27,165 nucleotides of DNA from positions 1 to 27,165 of the IMG/VR virus record IMGVR_UViG_3300032212_000122; one strand, 5' to 3'. The position numbers were made by a program, and so were the translations under genes. How positions within the stretch are numbered: the first letter of the stretch is position 1; every line of letters begins with the position of its first letter. Origin of the DNA: a virus. Taxonomy: Duplodnaviria > Caudoviricetes. The notes under the pieces are model-generated. The model made no database searches and was not told the DNA's origin. It saw only the letters and a list, made by a program, of their open reading frames with translations. Of this stretch, positions 18,092 to 25,289 are shown piece by piece.

Positions 18092-19841
18092 CCTCTTCTC
18101 CTTCAATAGGAGTGGCTTGCTCCACTTCTAGATTCTCTTGTGCTGTCTGGGCCAGACGCTGTGTCTCTATCTGTTCCATCAAAGCTATATTATCTCCATA
18201 CAGCTCAAACCTTCGTAGGTTTAAGAGGTCTTCTGTTAGCTTAGCTAAGCCTTTGCTGCTCAAGTGCTGGCTAACTTGTGGCCACAATTGTGTATTAGAC
18301 AGAGAAACAATGTTCTGCATAAGCTGTGCTTGTTGCGCAAAATGTCTAGCGCCTATAGGGCGTAGCTTGCCTGCTGCTGTAATATCTTCCTTAGTTATTT
18401 CTAAGAAATCAGCAACACCTAAATCATCATCCATCACACGGACAACATCAGCACCTTGCATATTACGTACAGAAGTTTCTAGCATATTGTTTAAGAGAGG
18501 CTCTAACAATTCTATTTCAAATTGTGTTGTCTTCTCTTGGAATATCCTACCAGCAGCATTCTCTAGACTACTAACCTCGAAGGCTGTCTTCTCTCCCGGG
18601 GTACGTATCCCCATAGCCTGCTTAGGAGCACCAGCCATCTCTTCCATCATATTCATCAGGAAAGCAATCTCTGCTTCCATGGCTTGTATGTTAGCTCCTG
18701 TGAACAGAGGACGTATGTCCCCATCTTCATCTAACTGGAAGCGGGCAAAGGGGCCCCAATCAGCAGCCTCTTGTAGCTCTCCCTTCACTAGAAGGGGAGG
18801 CATAATTGTCAAGTCACGAGCATCCGCTGTGGCATTCTGTAGATGATCTAGCCTATATTGCATCCCTACTAGATTATCTAGAGGGCCCATGCCATATAGA
18901 TTGTCTGGCCGCTTACGCCAGCTAGTCATCACTTTATAGCCATTACGTTTCCATGCTGGAATAGGCTCTTTACGAAGCAATGTAGTTCTATCAATAATAG
19001 TTATAATATAATCGTTTAACAACTCACCACTATCAGGATCATGCATTGTACCTTCAAACTCTAAGATCTCTACATAACCACTACCTAGATAAGTGTAATA
19101 ATCACCAAAGCCATCAACAGAGAAAGCCCCAGCTTTGTCGAAGTCATCACGAGTAATGCTCTTAAGATGGGAGCGTGTCTCCTTAGCTCTGTCAAGAGCC
19201 TTCTTAATATACTCATCACCTGTATTCCCATACTCAAGCTCTAGGGTTCCTAGATGTTTGATTGTACGTGTAATCTTCCAACTGTCCTCAAAGGACAGAG
19301 CTGTGGGATCAAAAACTACATCTAGAGGGCTGAGCCTGACAGCTCTAGGGCCTATGTAGCCAGGCACTATCTCACCTGTCTCTACATCCTCTTTACTCTC
19401 ATTAACCCAGATGACATCTCCTTGGGCCACACCATAATCGATGTAGTCGTAGACAAGCTTACTAATGACGCTACGCATGTCATCTTCTCGTACTTTGTTA
19501 GACATGTACGCCTGTATGGCATCCTGCTTTTCCTTTGTCTCATCCTCTAGTGTATACCCTTCCCACTTCATCCAATCATCATTAGGAAAAAGCGCACTAA
19601 TATAATTAGCGTGTAGATTGTCACGTATTTGACAAATCTTAGGAAGCGTTGTCGAGTTCCTCCAGGGGAGGGTGTTTCCGTTTGTTTTGGATGTGTCTGT
19701 TGCGAAGATGTAGTTTCGCAATTCTCGCTTCTCGGCTTCCCATGCTGCTCGTTGTCCTTTCTTCTCATCCCACTGCTCGACGATGAAGGAGGCTAGAGTA
19801 TCTTGTTGTAAAGCTCTTTCAACTACCTCTAATACACTCAT
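18072..19841 (-). CDS. Portal protein
   Basis: 589 aa with ELRNYIFATDT..T....LPW.N.TT.PK.CQIRDNLHANY, WR.RPDNLYGMGPLDNLVGMQYR.DHL and MEE.AGAP..AMGIRTPGEKTAFEV motifs. Confidence 0.92.
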   Translation of the reverse strand: MSVLEVVERALQQDTLASFIVEQWDEKKGQRAAWEAEKRELRNYIFATDTSKTNGNTLPWRNSTTLPKICQIRDNLHANYISALFPNDDWMKWEGYTLEDETKEKQDAIQAYMSNKVREDDMRSVISKLVYDYIDYGVAQGDVIWVNESKEDVETGEIVPGYIGPRAVRLSPLDVVFDPTALSFEDSWKITRTIKHLGTLELEYGNTGDEYIKKALDRAKETRSHLKSITRDDFDKAGAFSVDGFGDYYTYLGSGYVEILEFEGTMHDPDSGELLNDYIITIIDRTTLLRKEPIPAWKRNGYKVMTSWRKRPDNLYGMGPLDNLVGMQYRLDHLQNATADARDLTIMPPLLVKGELQEAADWGPFARFQLDEDGDIRPLFTGANIQAMEAEIAFLMNMMEEMAGAPKQAMGIRTPGEKTAFEVSSLENAAGRIFQEKTTQFEIELLEPLLNNMLETSVRNMQGADVVRVMDDDLGVADFLEITKEDITAAGKLRPIGARHFAQQAQLMQNIVSLSNTQLWPQVSQHLSSKGLAKLTEDLLNLRRFELYGDNIALMEQIETQRLAQTAQENLEVEQATPIEGEEDEAPLV

Positions 19842-21373
19842 TTGTAGACAATACCTCCGAAGCGACTGTGTGTGAGTTGTGTGTTCATAGCAACATTATC
19901 TCTTTCTATTTTCTGTTTAGGTGCCTTAGCTATCTCCACTACGGAGGCTAAGCAATCTTTAATGTCATCATGTCTAGGGCGAGCTTGTATAAGCTCCTCT
20001 TCTAATGCAGGAATATACCCACCCTTGTAATGCCACACTTGTAAATTATCGTATCGAGGTTCCAATGCTGCGGCAACACGCTCCTCCTTACTACCCTGAT
20101 GTCTGTTAGGACGATGTTCATCTATCTTCAGAATGCTTCCGTTCTGTTTAAATCTGTCCTTTAAATCCCTAACAATAACAGCCTGTGCCACCGTCACTTC
20201 AGCACGTAACAGCCTGAAGTCCCACTTCTGATGCACATCTTGAATGTGCGTGTAATAATCATTTATCTTATCTGTCCTAAATCTATCTATATCTAATACA
20301 TAAATATCGTTAGCAGCGCTAACACCTACCACTACAATAGCTGAATAATCAGCTTTGACATTCAAAGAGAATGCAAAATCTATTGCAGCATATACGTTTA
20401 GCTTGTCGTCTTTAAAATACCACTTACCTGCTCTTTGCTGTAAATGCTTCTTATCATAGTATTGAAAGCGGCTATTATCGAGTCTAGCACTTTCAGGATC
20501 GTTTGGATCATTATAGTATTGTGCATAGAACTGTGTCCTATCCGAATACATTGCTGAAATGCGAGCAAGCTCTTTCCGATTAAAACCAAAAAGCTTTCCG
20601 TCAGCTCTTGCCGTACGCGGCCAAAGAAATCTACCATCTACTTCCACCACCTCTTCCATAATATCCCATATAGGCTCTTCTCCTATAGGAACATCTGTCT
20701 CTTCATCATATATAGGAACTACTTGTTCCTTCCAAATACTGTATTGATCTGCTGGATGGTAGCGAGTACCACAAGCCTTTACAACACCACCAGTGTTTAG
20801 GATGGAGGCCATCTGTGACATAGCAGCAGCACACTTACGTCTGCCCTCTTCTGTGTACGCATTGTCAGGCACAACAACATCATCACTAACAACAACCTCT
20901 GCATGTAGCCCTGTAGTGTTTGTACTAAGGCCTGCGGCAAACACAGTGAAGTCTCGTATGCCTTCTTCTTTACGTCTGGGATGGTCTACAGAGATAGCAC
21001 CTGTGCTCCACTTCTCTCTCTTCCCCTCATCCTCATTCACCATCTCTGGCCAATAACGTCTATATATAGGAGACGTTAATGTATTCTTAATTGCATAAAG
21101 CTGTGCTTCCGCCAGCGTTGTTGTAGCTGATACATATAGAATAGAGGTTTCAGGATGCTTAGTCACCCACCAAGCCGCCCAAACTTCTATACAATGACTC
21201 TTCATGTGTGCTCGTGGGAGCAACAATAATTGATTGGGCGTATTCCCTTCTTGGAGCCATTTAAAGACATTCTCGTGTAACTCCCCATACTCCCTCTCGG
21301 GATGTACAAGACGAGCGAACGTCAGTAAGTCAGCCTCAGCTAGCTCTCTTATTTCTTCTATTTGGCTATTCAT
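19838..21373 (-). CDS. terL: Terminase large subunit
   Basis: Walker A-like LLLPRAHMKS, Walker B VVVSDDVV, coupling motif GTRYH, and nuclease acidic residues in AAIDFAFS, ADYSAI and HDDIKD. Confidence 0.95.
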   Translation of the reverse strand: MNSQIEEIRELAEADLLTFARLVHPEREYGELHENVFKWLQEGNTPNQLLLLPRAHMKSHCIEVWAAWWVTKHPETSILYVSATTTLAEAQLYAIKNTLTSPIYRRYWPEMVNEDEGKREKWSTGAISVDHPRRKEEGIRDFTVFAAGLSTNTTGLHAEVVVSDDVVVPDNAYTEEGRRKCAAAMSQMASILNTGGVVKACGTRYHPADQYSIWKEQVVPIYDEETDVPIGEEPIWDIMEEVVEVDGRFLWPRTARADGKLFGFNRKELARISAMYSDRTQFYAQYYNDPNDPESARLDNSRFQYYDKKHLQQRAGKWYFKDDKLNVYAAIDFAFSLNVKADYSAIVVVGVSAANDIYVLDIDRFRTDKINDYYTHIQDVHQKWDFRLLRAEVTVAQAVIVRDLKDRFKQNGSILKIDEHRPNRHQGSKEERVAAALEPRYDNLQVWHYKGGYIPALEEELIQARPRHDDIKDCLASVVEIAKAPKQKIERDNVAMNTQLTHSRFGGIVYK

Positions 21374-21376
21374 ATA

Positions 21377-21874
21377 TTATCGTTTAATTCTAGCTAGATC
21401 GCTATTCACAACACTAAGCTTAGCCTTGTCTTCTTGTTTCTTCTTCTTAGGCCTGCCTACATTAGCTTTACTTATATAATCATTATCTGCTAAATACTTG
21501 AGTGTTGCCTGTGAAGCTGTGCCCTCTTCAAGCTGTGCAAGCATGTTCTTAATACTCTTTCCACGAAGCTTAGCATTAAGCTCTTTCACCATAGCTGCAT
21601 AATACTCTTGGAAGAAAGGCTTGCTCTTAACGAGCAGCCAATGCTCGTAGTTAGCAAAATACATATTGGCGAATTCCCATTCGCTTACATCTTCAAGCTC
21701 TACATATAGTTTATGCAAGGAAGGGACGTAACGTCCATGATATCGTTTATCAGACGTAGACGTTGTGTACAACACAGCATCTCTGTCATTACAATGCTCT
21801 AAGAACAATCCTTCTGTCAAGAATTTGTTACCAAATCCTCTCCACTTATCTCTTTCTTTTTTTATCTCTTCCAT
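21377..21874 (-). CDS. terS: Terminase small subunit (putative)
   Basis: 165 aa immediately upstream of terL. Contains LF.E, SL.KLY.E..D..E.EFA, and a C-terminal VGRP.K and D..RI pattern. AAGGA RBS. Confidence 0.75.
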   Translation of the reverse strand: MEEIKKERDKWRGFGNKFLTEGLFLEHCNDRDAVLYTTSTSDKRYHGRYVPSLHKLYVELEDVSEWEFANMYFANYEHWLLVKSKPFFQEYYAAMVKELNAKLRGKSIKNMLAQLEEGTASQATLKYLADNDYISKANVGRPKKKKQEDKAKLSVVNSDLARIKR

Positions 21875-21899
21875 ACGTCACTATGTTCCTTTATGCAAA

Positions 21900-22209
21900 T
21901 GTTATGCATAACAGCAAAGCTGTCTATGCGTGTATATGTGTCTTGTTCACAAGACGTATGTCTTTTTTGTACGGTGTATGTGTATGGGCTTGTATAGCCC
22001 ATTGTATACAAATGCATGGATGCATTTGTTATTAATATATAAGCAATGCAGGGAAAGCATTGCTTTAGTGTTTAATAAGCAAGCCTTGCTTTAAGGCAAG
22101 CTTGCTATATTGTATTATCTGTCTGTCTTAAGGACAGACTGATTAAATTAATAGAGGTGTTTAAGACACCTCTTATATTATGTATACATCGAATGTCTTA
22201 AGGACATTC
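21900..22209. repeat. Chain of about ten short inverted repeats, the last four with a TTAAG loop
   Basis: Inverted repeats at 21900-21913, 21911-21923, 21940-21955, 21984-22002, 22008-22029, 22041-22065, 22078-22106, 22121-22139, 22153-22173 and 22191-22209. Confidence 0.9.
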
Positions 22210-22264
22210 TCTGTATTGCCTCCCCCCTCTTTATCTCCCCCCTCCAAGGGGAGCCGATAGGTAT

Positions 22265-22270
22265 ATTATA
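22265..22270 (-). promoter_or_regulatory. Candidate -10 element of the late (leftward) promoter
   Basis: Perfect TATAAT on the minus strand about 390 bp upstream of terS, with no good -35. Confidence 0.35.
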
Positions 22271-22627
22271 CACTGAAACCCTAAAAAAAGAAAGCTATGG
22301 TTACAATTCTTTACAAAAATAATACATACTTGTTACATTACCCAAGATAAGGAGCTAACATCGTCATAACGATGGGAGGGAAAAGAGCTAACAACTATCC
22401 AATCTATCCATCTCCCCTTAGGGAGAGCTGTCTAATATGTTAGCTCTGTGGTGGGAATATACATACATATATACACTATCCCCGTATAAAACACCAGCAG
22501 CCAGAGCTGCTGTTTATATTCTTTCCAACTCCCAGAATTTTCCGGAGATATTTTTAAGCTTCAATGCATAAGAAAACCTCTACCCCCTTCCCCCCTTCTA
22601 CCCCTTCATTATATTAGCTACAGCTTA

Positions 22628-22721
22628 AATAATAATCATTCTTATTTGTAAACTACTCTCCCCCACTAATATTAATCTAAATGATAATGATTCTCATGTA
22701 GTAATGATAATAATATTTATT
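22628..22721. promoter_or_regulatory. Three Fur-box-like sites
   Basis: 22628-22646 AATAATAATCATTCTTATT, 22680-22698 AATGATAATGATTCTCATG and 22703-22721 AATGATAATAATATTTATT match AATGATAATnATTATCATT at 15, 16 and 15 of 18 positions. Confidence 0.6.
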
Positions 22722-22751
22722 TGTAATACAATTACTAACACTCCCCCACTA
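22658..22751. repeat. Direct repeat CTCCCCCACTA (22658-22668, 22741-22751)
   Basis: Identical 11-mer, each copy shortly after TTATTTGTAA at the end of a Fur-like box. Confidence 0.85.
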
Positions 22752-22861
22752 TAACTATTATAGATATCAAGGACATAACATATTCATGTTGTGAATACAT
22801 ACATTAACATTGTGTAATGTATTTAGCTGTATATATAACCAGTTGCTGTTAGAGCTAATAT

Positions 22862-22882
22862 AAGCCCTTCTCAGGGGCTTTT
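22862..22882 (+). terminator. Possible terminator-like hairpin
   Basis: AAGCCCTT-CTC-AGGGGCTT followed by a short T run, upstream of the early promoters. Confidence 0.35.
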
Positions 22883-23072
22883 GTATTAAAGCCTAGCCTT
22901 AGTATTCCTCACTAGCGTTCGTTGAATGGCATGGCTATTGCATGGCAATATAATTAAATTAATTGTTTACATTGTTATTATTATATGTTAGATGCGCGCA
23001 CGCGTTCCTTTCTATGCAATTGTGTTTAATGTGTGTGTTATAAGCATTGTGTTTAATATAACTAAATGTTCT

Positions 23073-23100
23073 TTGCATTTATTCTTGTATGTTGTATTAT
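23073..23100 (+). promoter_or_regulatory. Sigma70-type early promoter P1
   Basis: TTGCAT-16 bp-TATTAT with an AT-rich upstream region. Followed by CACATC, as the second promoter is. Confidence 0.55.
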
Positions 23101-23146
23101 TTACACATCGACAAGGCATGAGGCCTTGCAAGATTTGGAGAGTGTT

Positions 23147-23266
23147 ATGAGTAAAGTAGTTGGTGTTGCTTTGTTTGCTTTGGGGGCTGTTATATTGCCT
23201 TTAGCATTTGAGGCATATATACAAGCTATCATCAACGTAGCTGCTTACACTGGTAAGCTACCATAA
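23147..23266 (+). CDS. First early gene, 39-aa hydrophobic peptide
   Basis: GGAG RBS at 23137-23140 and ATG at 23147 give MSKVVGVALFALGAVILPLAFEAYIQAIINVAAYTGKLP. The longer track start overlaps the promoter. Confidence 0.65.
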   Translation: MSKVVGVALFALGAVILPLAFEAYIQAIINVAAYTGKLP

Positions 23267-23282
23267 ATAATTTAAATAGAGC

Positions 23283-23310
23283 TTGACTCTTAAATAGATG
23301 TGATTATAAT
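23283..23310 (+). promoter_or_regulatory. Strong sigma70-type early promoter P2
   Basis: TTGACT-16 bp-TATAAT with an AT-rich UP-like element. The -10 is flanked by the inverted repeat AGATGTGA/TCACATCT. Confidence 0.8.
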
Positions 23311-23316
23311 TAGTCA

Positions 23317-23620
23317 CATCTGTTAAGGGAAAGTGTTTCTCTTTTGTGTTTGCTTGTGTGGCTATTGTCATGCAAGGGAGCCAAGCGCTAAGCAACCAGC
23401 GCGGGAGGTGAAGGTGTTAACGTGTCGCATACGTGACATATTAAAGGCTTTCTATTGAATCCCAGTGAGTGCATGCGGGCCAAGGCTAACCGCTTATGAA
23501 ATTGCCGATCGTTTGTTCTAGCGTCCCTAGTTATTTAGGGGAAATAGGAACGCGCCCCCAGTGAGGCGCATAACCAGCCGTGTAGGCCATCATAAATGAT
23601 GTCGGTGAATATCACTGCTT
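23317..23620 (+). ncRNA. Candidate structured non-coding RNA or long structured leader
   Basis: No credible ORF. GC-richer than its flanks, with at least seven stems, several relying on G-U pairs that work only on the + strand. Directly downstream of P2. Confidence 0.55.
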
Positions 23621-23651
23621 TAATAATATTCTTTTCTTAAGGTGTATTATT

Positions 23652-23786
23652 ATGACTCGAAGTAATAGAAGGCTAGCAAGGATAAACAAATCTTGTAAGC
23701 TCAAAGCAAAGCAAAAACCTGAAGTAGCTCACGTAATTACCGTGAGTAAGACAGTAAGAACACTTAAACCATTGACAGCTAATTAA
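23652..23786 (+). CDS. 44-aa basic hypothetical protein
   Basis: Not in the track. AAGGTG RBS; MTRSNRRLARINKSCKLKAKQKPEVAHVITVSKTVRTLKPLTAN. Its stop abuts the next RBS. Confidence 0.5.
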   Translation: MTRSNRRLARINKSCKLKAKQKPEVAHVITVSKTVRTLKPLTAN

Positions 23787-23797
23787 AGGTGAATGAT

Positions 23798-24271
23798 ATG
23801 AACGTATTAACATTAAAGAAATGTAAAGAAACAACAACACTAATTTCTAAAGCTGGTGTTAAGCTAGATCAACGTATACATGACGTTGCTGTGTCTGGTA
23901 TTGCACATTGGCTACAATGTGGAGATAACACCATTCTTACAGAGCTTGTTAAAGCTATGCCTAAATCGGGCAGAGGTAATGCATTGAAATTCTTTATTAG
24001 CAAACATACGAAAGGTATGTTGAAATGGGATAGTAAGGCTAACAACGGCACTGGTGGGTATAAAGGTAAGAAGCTAGATGTTAATAGCTGGGAGAAAATA
24101 GCAATTGTAATGGATGCTAACAAAGCTCCCTTCTATATGAAAGAAGATAAAGAGCCTAGTGTATGGAATGAGAAGGCGGCTGTTCTATCGCTTGTAGCTA
24201 AGCTAAAGAAACATGCTAAAGAGCATGAGCTATGCGAAGAGAGCAAGAGATTGTTGAGTGCGTTTGCATGA
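23798..24271 (+). CDS. Conserved phage early hypothetical protein
   Basis: AAGGTG RBS then ATG at 23798. The G.KLD..IH..AVS...H....GD......LV.AMPK..R.NAL pattern recurs in early regions of podoviruses. Confidence 0.8.
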   Translation: MNVLTLKKCKETTTLISKAGVKLDQRIHDVAVSGIAHWLQCGDNTILTELVKAMPKSGRGNALKFFISKHTKGMLKWDSKANNGTGGYKGKKLDVNSWEKIAIVMDANKAPFYMKEDKEPSVWNEKAAVLSLVAKLKKHAKEHELCEESKRLLSAFA

Positions 24272-24516
24272 AATACAAACATCTCTACCGCCGCGTGGAC
24301 TACCCCGAAGAGCGGGGCTATAGGATGGAAGCACAACCTCTGCCTGCTTGGATATATTTAACCATTAGAAAGAAAGGAGATAGTAAGAACTTAGTAGTGC
24401 ATTCTCGTATACACTTGAATAAGGAAGTGGTGTTAAATCCTGCTTATAGTGCTACTTTTTCTGACATTGATATAATCAAAGACCTTAGTGGTGAAGTAAG
24501 CCATAGGTTTTTATGA
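24268..24516 (+). CDS. Hypothetical early protein, 82 aa
   Basis: ATGA overlap with the previous stop; MKYKHLYRR...DIDIIKDLSGEVSHRFL. Confidence 0.7.
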   Translation: MKYKHLYRRVDYPEERGYRMEAQPLPAWIYLTIRKKGDSKNLVVHSRIHLNKEVVLNPAYSATFSDIDIIKDLSGEVSHRFL

Positions 24517-24668
24517 GGAAAGAACAAGCTATTTGTTCGCAAGAACAAGCTATCATTCCGAAAGGGATACCACTCATTATAGGCTTGGTGTTGTTGCTGT
24601 TTAGTGATTATGCAATGACTCCAGCCTATACATCTATGAAACAAATAACAGCCAGTGTATTTGGCTAG
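24513..24668 (+). CDS. 51-aa single-TM hypothetical protein
   Basis: Not in the track. ATGA overlap; MRKEQAICSQEQAIIPKGIPLIIGLVLLLFSDYAMTPAYTSMKQITASVFG. Confidence 0.6.
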   Translation: MRKEQAICSQEQAIIPKGIPLIIGLVLLLFSDYAMTPAYTSMKQITASVFG

Positions 24669-24677
24669 GAGAATGTA

Positions 24678-24827
24678 ATGACTATAATCAGAAGCCCAGC
24701 TAAGACATTCTGGCATGTTGTACATAACAACGTAATGATTGGATGCTTCTACACAAAGAAAGAAGCACAATCTTTTATTAATGACATGGGAGAATTGCCT
24801 GCCATGTTACGAGAACAAGCATTTTAA
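24678..24827 (+). CDS. 49-aa hypothetical protein
   Basis: Not in the track. AGGAG RBS; MTIIRSPAKTFWHVVHNNVMIGCFYTKKEAQSFINDMGELPAMLREQAF. Confidence 0.65.
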   Translation: MTIIRSPAKTFWHVVHNNVMIGCFYTKKEAQSFINDMGELPAMLREQAF

Positions 24828-24841
24828 CCTAGGAGAACAAC

Positions 24842-25285
24842 ATGGAAAATTTCTTTTTATTAATAACAAAGGCCCTAGCTGCTGGCACTATGGATGCATG
24901 GCTTCCTGTTGGCCTCTTTGTGGCTGGAGGACTCCTAGCCTTATGGGCTATGTGTGTTGTTGTTGCTCTATCGTTTGATTATGTAACAGACGATGAGGAC
25001 TATAACAAGACATCGAAGCTGTTTATACACTTTGATTTTAGTTGGGAGGTTGAGCGGGGTTTTATTATTTTTCTTTCTTCGATGATGATGCTAGCAGCCC
25101 TTGTTGTGTCTAGTGTTATGGTGTTACCTACCCTATTCTTTTTATTAGCAGAAGCTATATGGCTACCTGTATTAATAGCTAGTACATATACCACGCTACG
25201 TCTCGTCCGAGCTGTTGTGAGGCTAAAGAACAAGCTATCATTGCACATGGCAGACCTTTCCGCTCACACCAGTAAGGGAGAATAA
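24842..25285 (+). CDS. Early membrane protein, paralog 1
   Basis: AGGAG RBS and several hydrophobic helices. C-terminus VRAVVRLKNKLSLHMADLSAH. Confidence 0.8.
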   Translation: MENFFLLITKALAAGTMDAWLPVGLFVAGGLLALWAMCVVVALSFDYVTDDEDYNKTSKLFIHFDFSWEVERGFIIFLSSMMMLAALVVSSVMVLPTLFFLLAEAIWLPVLIASTYTTLRLVRAVVRLKNKLSLHMADLSAHTSKGE

Positions 25286-25289
25286 CATT

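Noticed and set aside
393-21479. Many plus-strand ORFs in the track (e.g. 648..1040, 1448..1969, 3734..4675, 10918..11487, 18112..18846) and short alternative-frame minus ORFs
   Set aside because: They are antisense or out-of-frame shadows of well-supported late genes, with S/C/L-rich composition and no RBS.
21763-22035. 90-aa plus-strand ORF, and a ~51-codon minus-strand ORF (MHLYTMGY...) over the palindrome chain
   Set aside because: Neither has an RBS, both have odd C/Y/H/T composition, and the inverted repeats explain the sequence better.
22078-22209. Mini-CRISPR array interpretation of the periodic hairpins
   Set aside because: The units are not identical repeats, the linkers are only about 13-17 bp, and no cas genes are present.
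22577-22607. G-quadruplex on the minus strand
   Set aside because: There are only three runs of 3 or more G, so a canonical three-tier G4 is not supported. Kept only as a terminus-associated C-tract.
23299-23318. Canonical CRP site
   Set aside because: TGTGA and TCACA are separated by 10 bp, not 6.
23317-23620. tRNA, tmRNA or hammerhead ribozyme
   Set aside because: No cloverleaf with a TTC T-loop and no CTGATGA core were seen.
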